Positions 54,322 through 63,417 of a stretch of 64,000 bases of DNA are shown here, piece after piece. The position numbers were made by a program, and so were the translations under genes. The stretch is from positions 6,285-70,284 of the forward strand of contig NZ_JBLIEK010000002.1 in the NCBI RefSeq assembly GCF_047632995.1. Reading direction: 5' to 3'. The stretch's first letter is position 1. The number at the start of each line of letters is the position of its first letter. Origin of the DNA: Psychromonas sp. (lineage in GTDB: Bacteria > Pseudomonadota > Gammaproteobacteria > Enterobacterales > Psychromonadaceae). A model generated the notes under the pieces. The model was not told where the DNA came from. It was given only the letters and a program-made list of their open reading frames with translations, and did no database searches.

Positions 54322-56133
54322 TTAGCTACTCGATTTTAAGACGTTCACATAGACTTTTAGATTTTGTCCGGGATGAATATATTTCTTATCAAACAGCTCA
54401 TTCCAGCGTACTAAATCTGCAGTTTCAACACTAAATTTTTCGGCAATAACACCAAGAGAATCACCAGTTCGTACCTTATAAGTAATATGGCGTGTAACCT
54501 GTTTTTCCTGCTTTGCTTTCTCTGTATACACACGCAGCTCTTGCCCCGGTTTGATATATTTTTCCTCGTTTAGCTTATTCCAACGTACTATATCAGCGGT
54601 TTTGACATTAAATTTTGATGCAATAACGCCAAGAGAGTCTCCAGAACGCACATGGTAAGTCACTCGTTGTGTAACTTGTTTTTTCTGCTGCGCTTTTGCT
54701 GTTTTCCAAATAGTTAGCTGCTGGCCTAAACGCAAGGTTTTCTTGCTGCTCATCTGATTCCAGTACGCAATCTCTTTGGCTGTCACATTATACATGCGAC
54801 TGATATCCCAAAGCGTATCGCCTTCGACTATCGTATGCTGAAGTTTGCGTTTACTGTTACTGTTACTCATCTTATCTTGTGAGCGATCGAAACGCTGCGC
54901 CTGGCTATATAGATAAGATTGCTGGGACTTAGTAGCAATCGGGATTAGTAACGGTTGCCCTATTTTAATCATCGAGCCGTTAATCTCATTTATCTGTTTA
55001 AGGACATTGGTGGTGGTGCCATATTGACGGGCGATCACACTTAAACTATCACCAGAGCGCACTTTGTAACGATCCCAACGGATCCGTTTATTGTTATCAC
55101 CATTACTTAATTTTTCACTAAACACTTTAGCAATACGGGTTGGCAGAAGTAATCGATGCGGACCATCCGGTGAAGTTGCCCAACGGTTAAATGCGGGATT
55201 TAATAATTGAATTTCAGCAATAGATAACTCGGCTAATTCTGCTGCATAAGCAAGATCAAGTTGCGATCCGGTATCAACATGAGTGAGCACCTGCTTATTG
55301 GGAACAAAAGGTAGTTCAATGCCATATTTTTGATGATTACGTAATAGATCAATCAGCGCTAATAATTTGGGCACATAATTTTCGGTCTCTTTGGGCAAGG
55401 ATAAATTCCAATAATCGGTGGGCTTATTATACTTCTGGTTTTTGCGCACCGCATTTTGCACTCGCCCTTCACCCGAATTATATGCTGCGAAAGCATGTAA
55501 CCAATCTTCGCCTAGATATTTATGTAAAATTTCCATATAACGTAGCGCGGCACCCGTTGAAGCATAAATATCGCGACGACCGTCATACCACCAGTCTTGT
55601 TTTAAACCGAATCGGGTTCCGGTCAGCGGCATAAATTGCCATAATCCGGAGGCATTGCTGGGTGAATAAGCAAAGGGGTCGAATGTGCTTTCGACAACAG
55701 GGAGTAAGGCTAATTCAAGAGGCAGATTTTGAGCTTCTATCTGCTCAACTATCAGATATAAGAATGGCGCAGCACGTTTTGAAACTTGTTTTAAATAATT
55801 GGGATGCCTTAAATAATAATCACGCTGCTTGGCTATACGTGCATTATCAGGCACTTCAAACTCAAAACCTTCAGCTAACTTTAACCAAAGGTTATCATAG
55901 CCCACAGGCAGTAGTTGTTGAACTTCAAGCGGTGCATCATCATCAATTAGATTGGCCAACCCTTCTTCAATGTCTACCTCTTGCAATTGCTCATCAGGCA
56001 AGACCTCATTGTTCAATGCATCAACAACTGAAGCATTACTTGCATCTGTAACATCTGTATTTGTTGTTGTTTGACAGGCACTTAATAATAACAACAAAAA
56101 TAACGGCAATAATAATTTCATAAAAGGGACCAC
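54322..56133 (-). CDS. mltD: Membrane-bound lytic murein transglycosylase D with four LysM domains
   Basis: Lipobox LSAC, LPVVESTF, ASGLWQFM, AAYNSGEG, ETENYVPKL, LysM repeats. Confidence 0.94.
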   Translation of the reverse strand: MVPFMKLLLPLFLLLLLSACQTTTNTDVTDASNASVVDALNNEVLPDEQLQEVDIEEGLANLIDDDAPLEVQQLLPVGYDNLWLKLAEGFEFEVPDNARIAKQRDYYLRHPNYLKQVSKRAAPFLYLIVEQIEAQNLPLELALLPVVESTFDPFAYSPSNASGLWQFMPLTGTRFGLKQDWWYDGRRDIYASTGAALRYMEILHKYLGEDWLHAFAAYNSGEGRVQNAVRKNQKYNKPTDYWNLSLPKETENYVPKLLALIDLLRNHQKYGIELPFVPNKQVLTHVDTGSQLDLAYAAELAELSIAEIQLLNPAFNRWATSPDGPHRLLLPTRIAKVFSEKLSNGDNNKRIRWDRYKVRSGDSLSVIARQYGTTTNVLKQINEINGSMIKIGQPLLIPIATKSQQSYLYSQAQRFDRSQDKMSNSNSKRKLQHTIVEGDTLWDISRMYNVTAKEIAYWNQMSSKKTLRLGQQLTIWKTAKAQQKKQVTQRVTYHVRSGDSLGVIASKFNVKTADIVRWNKLNEEKYIKPGQELRVYTEKAKQEKQVTRHITYKVRTGDSLGVIAEKFSVETADLVRWNELFDKKYIHPGQNLKVYVNVLKSSS

Positions 56134-56181
56134 CTACCTATAATAAGTGGCGTATTCTAGCCTAAATCATTGCAAAATTCA

Positions 56182-56952
56182 TTAGAACTGATCTTTATAC
56201 TTACGCAGTGCCGTAAAACAAGATAATGGTTCACTTAATTTCGTTGCTAAATGCATTTGCAAACTGTTAACCAGCGAACTTTGATCGCAACGCAAAAAGG
56301 GATTAATCGTTTTTTCCAGCCCGATAGTGGTCGGAATGGTCGCTAAACCTTGCTGACGTTTTTTACTAACCTGCTTAATATATTTCAGCAGGTGTTGATT
56401 TTTAGGCTCAAAATGAAAAGCAAAAATAAGATTATTTTGCGTGTATTCATGCGCGCAATAAACTTGAGTATGGTCGGGTAATAAGGCTAAACGTGATAAT
56501 GAATTAAACATCTGCAGATATGAGCCTTCAAACAGACGCCCGCACCCACCAGAAAAGAGAGTGTCACCGCAAAAAAGTAGTGATTCATTGTAGTAGGCGA
56601 CATGATCCAAGGTATGCCCTGGCACTTCCATCACCTTTAATGAAAAACGGTCGTCAAAAAAAGTTAATTCATCTCCCTCATTAACTAATACACTGTGCGC
56701 AAATAATCTGTTTTTGCTGTATAGCGCAATAGGTTGCTCAGATTCGGCTAGTAAAGCCTCCACACCATCTATATGATCATAATGATGATGGGTTAAAATA
56801 ATCGCATCGACTATTAACTGTTGCGCAGCTAATACTTGTAAAACTGGGCCAGCATCGCCGGGATCGACTACAATACAATGCTTGCTTTGACTATCTTTAA
56901 TAAGCCAAATATAGTTATCGGTAAAGGAATTAATCGTTAGAATATCAACCAT
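56182..56952 (-). CDS. gloB: Hydroxyacylglutathione hydrolase (glyoxalase II)
   Basis: DNYIW, THHHYDHIDG, PGHT, GDTLFSGGCGR, CAHEYT, NPFLR. Confidence 0.95.
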   Translation of the reverse strand: MVDILTINSFTDNYIWLIKDSQSKHCIVVDPGDAGPVLQVLAAQQLIVDAIILTHHHYDHIDGVEALLAESEQPIALYSKNRLFAHSVLVNEGDELTFFDDRFSLKVMEVPGHTLDHVAYYNESLLFCGDTLFSGGCGRLFEGSYLQMFNSLSRLALLPDHTQVYCAHEYTQNNLIFAFHFEPKNQHLLKYIKQVSKKRQQGLATIPTTIGLEKTINPFLRCDQSSLVNSLQMHLATKLSEPLSCFTALRKYKDQF

Positions 56953-56988
56953 AATTGATTCGCACCTATTTTAAGTTGGGGTTAGTTT

Positions 56989-57250
56989 ATACCCGTTACC
57001 AATCGAAATGCAAAAATCAGCAAGTCGAAAGGTAAGCAGATTCTAGGCATGAAGTTGAAGAACTAACGGGTTAAATCAAGACTTCATAACAACGAAGATG
57101 CTTGCCTCTCGACTTGCCCTTCGGGGAGCTCGCTCGAAAACCAGCGCTGCGTTGCAACAATTGTAAAGGGAACACCATTCACTCATGTTGCGCCTTGCTC
57201 TGGTATCCGAGCGTGCTCCTGATAAATGCATTTTGAATGATAACGGGTAT
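56989..57250. mobile_element. 262-bp ERIC-related MITE-like element, copy B
   Basis: TIRs ATACCCGTTACCAATCGAAATGCA...TGCATTTTGAATGATAACGGGTAT flanked by TA; colinear with copy A. Confidence 0.8.
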
Positions 57251-57254
57251 ATAT

Positions 57255-57980
57255 ATGAAAATAGCAAAAACAACACGCATCCTTACCCCGATTGAAGATT
57301 GGCAACAGTTGCCAAAGGGTAAGATGTTACAGGAGCAAACTCAACAGCGGATCGATGATTACTTGCCTCTCTGTTTTGGTTACCATCTGTTAAAATTGGG
57401 AAGATTAAGCAGCTTACTGGACACTTCATACTCATTAATTCCCCATCAAATCAATTGCGCCGCTAGCGGAAAAGATATCGGTTTACTCGCAGATATTCAC
57501 CAACTGCCCTTACAAGACGCTTCAATCGATCTCTGTATTCTGGCTCATGAATTGAATTTCTCAAATGATCCGCACCAATTATTACGTGAAGTTGAGCGGG
57601 TATTAACACTCGATGGCACCTTAATTATAACAGGATACAATCCAATGAGCGTTTTTGGATTGCGCTCGCTGTTAAAATCCAAAAGCCCGAAAACGGCACG
57701 GCTATTTTTACTCAATAGGATATACGACTGGCTCTCTTTATTGGGCTTTGAAATTCTACAAAAACAACATTTCGATTTTCTTTCTGGTGATTTTCACAGC
57801 CCATTTTCATCATTCGTCGAGCGAACAGGGCAACGCTATGCCCCTTCTTTTTGCAGTGTTTATTTTATTGTGGCCAAAAAGCATAGTATACCTATGACGC
57901 CGATTAAATCTCCATTTCAATTTAAGCAACAGAGAAGAACAGGGCAAAGTGTTGCCACCAAACATCATTACCCGTCATAA
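57255..57980 (+). CDS. yafS: SAM-dependent methyltransferase, YafS-like
   Basis: [28 protein letters not shown]; position between gloB and rnhA. Confidence 0.85.
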   Translation: MKIAKTTRILTPIEDWQQLPKGKMLQEQTQQRIDDYLPLCFGYHLLKLGRLSSLLDTSYSLIPHQINCAASGKDIGLLADIHQLPLQDASIDLCILAHELNFSNDPHQLLREVERVLTLDGTLIITGYNPMSVFGLRSLLKSKSPKTARLFLLNRIYDWLSLLGFEILQKQHFDFLSGDFHSPFSSFVERTGQRYAPSFCSVYFIVAKKHSIPMTPIKSPFQFKQQRRTGQSVATKHHYPS

Positions 57981-58429
57981 CCTAAATCTTTTTGGGTTGG
58001 TTTAGATTCTGCCGCTTGCCGAGCCAAGTCGTCACAACGTTCATTTTCTGGATGCCCAGAGTGCCCCTTCACCCAATGCCAGGTTATATTATGCTTTTCC
58101 TGTGCGGCATCTAATGCTTTCCACAAATCAACGTTTTTTACGGGGGCTTTTGCGGCCGTTTTCCAGCCGCGTTTTTTCCAATTATGGATCCACTGAGTGA
58201 TCCCTTGGCGAACGTATTGGCTGTCAGTGGTCAGATCTATTTCACACGCTTCGCTTAATGTTTCTAACCCTTTGATACAAGCTAACATCTCCATGCGATT
58301 ATTGGTTGTACGCAGGTAACCCTCCGCCAATTCGCGACGGTGCTTGTTATAAATTAACACGGCGCCATAACCACCCGGGCCAGGATTACCTAAACAGGAA
58401 CCATCTGTATAAAGTTCAATTTTCTTCAT
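57968..58429 (-). CDS. rnhA: Ribonuclease HI
   Basis: [43 protein letters not shown]. Confidence 0.97.
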   Translation of the reverse strand: MKKIELYTDGSCLGNPGPGGYGAVLIYNKHRRELAEGYLRTTNNRMEMLACIKGLETLSEACEIDLTTDSQYVRQGITQWIHNWKKRGWKTAAKAPVKNVDLWKALDAAQEKHNITWHWVKGHSGHPENERCDDLARQAAESKPTQKDLGYDG

Positions 58430-58548
58430 TATTATACCCAATTGATTAATTAATTTAGCGCTTATAGATGCACTGTGATTTCAGCTCTAGGCGCATTGGT
58501 TTAGGTTTGCTAGACTCAATTCTTTGCGAACTATAAATAGAGATTAAG

Positions 58549-59268
58549 ATGAACACAAGCAAAGTAATTCGACAAGTCGTATTGGATACTGAAACCACTG
58601 GTATGAATAGAGATGGTGCGATTTATCTTGGCCATCGAATTATTGAAATAGGCTGTGTGGAAATTATTAATCGACGCTTAACAGGACGTCATTACCATGT
58701 CTATATAAAACCAGATCGTGAAGTGGATCCCGAGGCGGTCACAGTGCATGGCCTGACGGATCAGTTTCTGCAAGACAAACCCGTGTTTAGCGAGATTGCC
58801 GATGAATTTATTGAATTCATTAAAGGGGCAGATCTGGTTATCCATAACGCGCCCTTTGATGTCGGCTTTATGGATCAGGAGTTTCGTTTTTTAAATAAAA
58901 AAACACAAACAACTGAAGAAATATCCACCGTAACCGATACGCTAGTAATGGCGAAAAAATTATTCCCCGGTAAACGGAATAATCTGGATGTGTTATGTGA
59001 TCGCTACGGTATTGACAATAAACACCGCGTACTACATGGCGCGTTACTTGATGCCGAGATATTAGCAGATGTTTACCTGCTCATGACAGGTGGACAAGCA
59101 AAACTCAATCTTTCTAGTTCGGAGCGCGGTGAAAATACGACAGGACGAAAAGTCAGACAATCTCAGTCGCCATTAACTATCATTCGTGCAACAGAAGAGG
59201 AAAAAAAAGCGCACCAAAAACGTTTAGATCTTATTGAGAAATCAGGGAGTTGCTTGTGGCGACAATAA
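58549..59268 (+). CDS. dnaQ: DNA polymerase III epsilon subunit
   Basis: LDTETTG, HNAPFD, HGALLDAEIL, MTGGQ. Confidence 0.97.
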   Translation: MNTSKVIRQVVLDTETTGMNRDGAIYLGHRIIEIGCVEIINRRLTGRHYHVYIKPDREVDPEAVTVHGLTDQFLQDKPVFSEIADEFIEFIKGADLVIHNAPFDVGFMDQEFRFLNKKTQTTEEISTVTDTLVMAKKLFPGKRNNLDVLCDRYGIDNKHRVLHGALLDAEILADVYLLMTGGQAKLNLSSSERGENTTGRKVRQSQSPLTIIRATEEEKKAHQKRLDLIEKSGSCLWRQ

Positions 59269-60518
59269 TGAAAAAAAACCTCTTAAGTTTATTATTTTTG
59301 ATCTGCGCATCTACCGCCTGGGCGCACACGATTTATGCACCCAATGACATACCGTTATTAGATAATCGTTTTCGAATTGATCCCCATACCGAGCAAGTCA
59401 CCTTTATTCTTAATCACGACAAAGGCCCTGAATTTATTGTTCTGGTCCGCCCTGATGGCAGTAAGATTTATCCGGCAAGACACCCCTCTTCCGTTGCTTG
59501 GGTAAGTGGTGAAAAAGAAGACATTATTACCATAAATAACCCGATGGCAGGACCTTGGCAAGCTGTTGCAGAATTAAATGAAAATAACCGCATTAAGTTA
59601 ATTAGTCATGTTGAATTAAAAACAAATAAACTGCCGTTAAAATTATACTCACAAGAATATATCACCACCCATGCTTCGCTGTATTATGATAATCAATTAA
59701 TGACCGAACAAAGTTACCTGGACGATGCCAAGTTATCTGTCGTACTAATGGCTGGTGCAAAAACACAACTGACATTATATCAAGATGATGGCAAAGGTTA
59801 TGATGCCCTACCATTTGATGGCGACTTAACGGCCCGTGTTTATATTGATCTGCCCCCCGGACGTTACCTACTTAATATCCGCACTAAAAATGATGTTTTT
59901 CTACGCAATGTGAACAAAGATATTGTGGTTTTTCTTCCTCCTGTCACTTATAAGGTAAGCACACTTAACGAGGGCAGCAAAGAGGCGGTATTTGAGTTTA
60001 AGGTCGACAGCGAAGAGATTGATCCGGAATCGGTAATCATTGATGGGGTCATTAAAAATAGCAATAATACAGTCGTCGAGCAGTTAATTGTCCATAGCAC
60101 CGGAAATATATCAATAGAAAACAGATTCGCGACAACAAAAGCACTCTCTTACGGTGTCTTAACTTTCTCAGCGAAAGCATTTGCGACCACCCGCTCAGGA
60201 AGAGAGATAGAGTTACAATTGCCGGATCAGCAATTTGAGTTGCTGCCTAAATTTATTGTGCCGGAAATAAAGACAAGTGCAGCGGTCGCCACTGATACTG
60301 AATTTTTCAAATATAATTTCTCATCACTATGGCAAAACAGTTGGCTTATTACAGCAATTGCGATTATCTGCTTAATTATTATCTCAGCGCTCATTTTTAT
60401 GATTAGACGTAGGGCAAAAAAGAGAAAATCTGCAGATGGCAGCGATCAACCTTTAGCGGAATTAAAACTTGATGAACTGTCACCTACATCAATAAATCTA
60501 AAAGGGAATAAAAAATAA
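59268..60518 (+). CDS. TIGR03503-family exported protein with C-terminal TM
   Basis: IPLLDNRFRID, LVRPDGSK, NPMAGPWQA; conserved position between dnaQ and tRNA-Asp. Confidence 0.8.
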   Translation: MKKNLLSLLFLICASTAWAHTIYAPNDIPLLDNRFRIDPHTEQVTFILNHDKGPEFIVLVRPDGSKIYPARHPSSVAWVSGEKEDIITINNPMAGPWQAVAELNENNRIKLISHVELKTNKLPLKLYSQEYITTHASLYYDNQLMTEQSYLDDAKLSVVLMAGAKTQLTLYQDDGKGYDALPFDGDLTARVYIDLPPGRYLLNIRTKNDVFLRNVNKDIVVFLPPVTYKVSTLNEGSKEAVFEFKVDSEEIDPESVIIDGVIKNSNNTVVEQLIVHSTGNISIENRFATTKALSYGVLTFSAKAFATTRSGREIELQLPDQQFELLPKFIVPEIKTSAAVATDTEFFKYNFSSLWQNSWLITAIAIICLIIISALIFMIRRRAKKRKSADGSDQPLAELKLDELSPTSINLKGNKK

Positions 60519-60642
60519 GCACTGAAAGAATATATTTAAACAACCTAAAAATGTAAACCGCTCTGTTTTTAGGTTATTTGCATAGAAAGTAACCATTTGT
60601 GAAAGTTAAAGCTTAATATTGCTGTTTTTTTCTTTTTCCTTA

Positions 60643-60671
60643 TTGACTCAGCAAAAGCAACTAAGTATTAT
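60643..60671 (+). promoter_or_regulatory. Sigma70 stable-RNA promoter of the tRNA array
   Basis: TTGACT-17 bp-TATTAT followed by GC-rich discriminator CTGCGCC. Confidence 0.8.
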
Positions 60672-60719
60672 CTGCGCCTCAACAAACACAGTGCTCAGCT
60701 CTGTGTATTGATGCTAACT

Positions 60720-60796
60720 GGAGTGGTAGTTCAGTTGGTTAGAATACCGGCCTGTCACGCCGGGGGTCGCGGGTTCGAGTCCCGTCCACTCCGCCA
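60720..60796 (+). tRNA. tRNA-Asp(GTC) copy 1
   Basis: Canonical 77-nt cloverleaf, anticodon GTC, encoded CCA. Confidence 0.98.
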
Positions 60797-60860
60797 ATAT
60801 CATATTTAGATGTGAAATTGACGTTAGTTAGCACAATGTTGAATCTGATAATTATCACGT

Positions 60861-60937
60861 GGAGTGGTAGTTCAGTTGGTTAGAATACCGGCCTGTCACG
60901 CCGGGGGTCGCGGGTTCGAGTCCCGTCCACTCCGCCA
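60861..60937 (+). tRNA. tRNA-Asp(GTC) copy 2
   Basis: Identical to copy 1. Confidence 0.98.
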
Positions 60938-60994
60938 ACATCATATTTCGATATGAATGATAATTATCAAAAGCTTGAACTGTAATACACTCGT

Positions 60995-61071
60995 GGAGTG
61001 GTAGTTCAGTTGGTTAGAATACCGGCCTGTCACGCCGGGGGTCGCGGGTTCGAGTCCCGTCCACTCCGCCA
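60995..61071 (+). tRNA. tRNA-Asp(GTC) copy 3
   Basis: Identical to copy 1. Confidence 0.98.
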
Positions 61072-61164
61072 ACAGTATTATTGAACAAGTAAACGTTATT
61101 ATTTATTTAATAACAATTTATGTGTAACCAACACATAAAGTGAAGAAAGCTGTAACACACTCGT

Positions 61165-61222
61165 GGAGTGGTAGTTCAGTTGGTTAGGCTCTTGCTTAAC
61201 ATAGTCGGCATGTCACGCCGGG
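61165..61222 (+). pseudogene. Truncated tRNA-Asp with D-loop insertion
   Basis: GGAGTGGTAGTTCAGTTGGTT-AGGCTCTTGCTTAACATAG-TCGGCATGTCACGCCGGG, then no T-arm or acceptor 3' strand. Confidence 0.85.
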
Positions 61223-61301
61223 ATTTGAATTTAAACTCAAATTAAGAGTGGTATTTATGTGTAACCAACACATAAAGTGAAGAAAGCTGTAGCACACTCG
61301 T

Positions 61302-61378
61302 GGAGTGGTAGTTCAGTTGGTTAGAATACCGGCCTGTCACGCCGGGGGTCGCGGGTTCGAGTCCCGTCCACTCCGCCA
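61302..61378 (+). tRNA. tRNA-Asp(GTC) copy 4
   Basis: Identical to copy 1; preceded by a near-identical copy of the 48-bp spacer at 61117-61164. Confidence 0.98.
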
Positions 61379-61456
61379 ACTTCATATTTATATGAATGAA
61401 CGATGTGTACACAGTCCATCTATAATGCGAGTTATAGAACAATAAAAGATTTTAGC

Positions 61457-61533
61457 GGAGTGGTAGTTCAGTTGGTTAGAATACCGGCCTGTCACGCCGG
61501 GGGTCGCGGGTTCGAGTCCCGTCCACTCCGCCA
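61457..61533 (+). tRNA. tRNA-Asp(GTC) copy 5
   Basis: Identical to copy 1; flanks shared with the downstream tRNA-like repeats. Confidence 0.98.
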
Positions 61534-61604
61534 ATTCCTTTTATATCCTCAAGTAAAAAGACCTAACGTTTTAAAAACCCCAACTTATAATAAAAGATTT
61601 TCGC

Positions 61605-61695
61605 GAAATGGTAGTTCAGTTGGTTTACTCTTGTTTAAAAGAAAGCCGGCCTGCCACACCAGTGCTCACTGCTTCGAGTCCCATTAACGAAGCCA
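61605..61695 (+). pseudogene. tRNA-Asp-derived repeat A (91 nt, anticodon position GCC)
   Basis: 14-nt D-loop insertion, unpaired acceptor stem, TTCGAGT and GCCA retained. Confidence 0.85.
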
Positions 61696-61766
61696 ATTCC
61701 TTTTATATCCTCAAGTAAAAAGATCTAACGTTTTAAAAATCCCAACTTATAATAAAAGATTTTCGC

Positions 61767-61857
61767 GAAATGGTAGTTCAGTTGGTTTACTCTTGTTTAA
61801 AAGAAAGCCGGCCTGTCACACCAGTGCTCACTGCTTCGAGTCCCATTAACGAAGCCA
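61767..61857 (+). pseudogene. tRNA-Asp-derived repeat B (91 nt, GTC)
   Basis: One change from A; 162-bp period. Confidence 0.85.
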
Positions 61858-62006
61858 ATTCCTTTTATATCCTCAAGTAAAAAGACCTAACGTTTTAAAA
61901 CTCTCAAATAATAAATTCCCTCTGCATTTCTACTATCAATAATCTTTAGTTAATAAATAATTAGTTTATTACTTCGTTTCATTAAAATTAAATAAAAGAT
62001 TTTCGC

Positions 62007-62096
62007 GGAGTGGTAGCTCAGTTGGTTTACTCTTATTTAAAAGAAAGCCGGCCTGTCACACTAGCGTTCACTGGTTCGAGTCCTGTTAACGAGCCA
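62007..62096 (+). pseudogene. tRNA-Asp-derived repeat C (90 nt)
   Basis: Keeps the GGAGTGG 5' strand, insertion TACTCTTATTTAAA, CTGTCAC, TTCGAGT and GCCA. Confidence 0.85.
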
Positions 62097-62182
62097 ATTC
62101 CTTTTATATCCTCAAGTAAAAAAGTCCTTAGTAAAAAGACCTAACGTTTTAAAAATCCCAACTTATAATAAAAGATTTTCGC

Positions 62183-62269
62183 GAAATGGTAGTTCAGTTG
62201 GTTTACTCTTGTTTAAAAGAAAGCCGGCCTGTCACACCAGTGCTCGCAGGAGTCCCGTTAACGAAGCCA
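62183..62269 (+). pseudogene. tRNA-Asp-derived repeat D (87 nt, T-loop deleted)
   Basis: As B but GCTCGCAGGAGTCCC in place of the T-arm. Confidence 0.8.
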
Positions 62270-62361
62270 AATCCTTTTATATCCCATCTGGTAATAAATT
62301 CCTGTGCTAAACATATTTTACATATTCAAAACATTATTAAATTTAAATCGAATATTTTCAG

Positions 62362-62403
62362 AAAGTGGTCGTACTGTTGGTTTACTCTTTTTTGAAAGAA
62401 AGT
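62362..62403 (+). repeat. Degenerate remnant E of the tRNA-derived repeat
   Basis: AAAGTGGTCGTACTGTTGGTTTACTCTTTTTTGAAAGAAAG. Confidence 0.6.
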
Positions 62404-62580
62404 GTTTTAGGGGACAACTAACTTGACATTTTTTGGTAAACTTCAAACCTAAACCAGCAAATTCTGATAGAAACAAAAAATCGGGTCTATTTAAATGTAA
62501 TCTCAACCCGATAATTTATAATGTAATGTCTAAGCAACAATAGCGGTATAAAAATAGCCGTTATTGTTGGCTTTTATTTA

Positions 62581-63207
62581 CTAAGATTTAGCACTGTTTG
62601 ATTTGCGACGAGAAAATCCAAATCCCACTAAGCCCAACCCAAGCAAGGCAATAATAGCAGGCTCTGGAACTGCAGTACCCGCATAAATCAGCCCCGTTGG
62701 ATACCTATTGTCTGAGCTAATATCATGCACATAAAAGTTAAGCCTGCTAGCTGCTGCGATAAAAATATCACCGGTAATAGCGTGAACATCTATGGCGGTA
62801 TTCCATTCGTTGCCGGCAAATTCAGTAATAGAGTCAAAAAGCTCTACCCCAGCACTTTTAATTTTGAACGTATCGTCCGCAGATACCCACAGTGAAGTAA
62901 TCCACATATCTTCACCCGTCATATTTAAATCCATCTCAAATACACGATAGTCATTTAAAACAGGATCTATATAACTTCCTTCTTGCTGAACCCATTGGGC
63001 ACCTGTTGAACCTGCTGCCGTGTTGAAGTTTGCTTCAGTTATCCATGTGCTGTATGCGTTAGTTGAAAGCGTACAATTAACAGCTCCAACCTTACATCCA
63101 TCATCAGTTCCTGACACAAAATCGATAGTAGTAGCGAAGGCAGTTTGGCTACCAAGTGATAGCGCTGTTGCGGCTATCGCTGCCATTAATAATCTTTTAT
63201 TATTCAT
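62581..63207 (-). CDS. PEP-CTERM sorting-domain surface protein
   Basis: Signal peptide, Thr/Asp-rich body, AVPEPAIIALLGLGLVGFGFSRRK; AAGGA before ATG 63207. Confidence 0.92.
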   Translation of the reverse strand: MNNKRLLMAAIAATALSLGSQTAFATTIDFVSGTDDGCKVGAVNCTLSTNAYSTWITEANFNTAAGSTGAQWVQQEGSYIDPVLNDYRVFEMDLNMTGEDMWITSLWVSADDTFKIKSAGVELFDSITEFAGNEWNTAIDVHAITGDIFIAAASRLNFYVHDISSDNRYPTGLIYAGTAVPEPAIIALLGLGLVGFGFSRRKSNSAKS

Positions 63208-63338
63208 AATTAGTTCCTTTCTATTATTCAAAACCATAAAAATACAATTAAGTTCTATAAAAAGTATTAACCCGTGATATATATCCAACTTATTTACTAA
63301 ATCCATTGAACTGATATCAACATTACATCTATTGCACA

Positions 63339-63354
63339 TGCACAAGCGGTGCCA
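63339..63354 (-). promoter_or_regulatory. Sigma54 (-24/-12) promoter of the PEP-CTERM gene
   Basis: TGGCACCGCTTGTGCA, GG and GC at canonical spacing. Confidence 0.7.
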
Positions 63355-63417
63355 GATGATCATTTAATATAAAAAACATATGTGTACAAGCTATCTGCTG
63401 TACTTTTTTTGCAAAGG

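Noticed and set aside
60686-60700. Leader sequence ACACAGTGCTCA resembling ACACCAGTGCTCA in the tRNA-like repeats
   Set aside because: Match too short to separate from chance
60720-62403. CRISPR-like repeat-spacer array
   Set aside because: Repeats are tRNA or tRNA-derived, the spacers are themselves repeated rather than unique, and there are no cas genes
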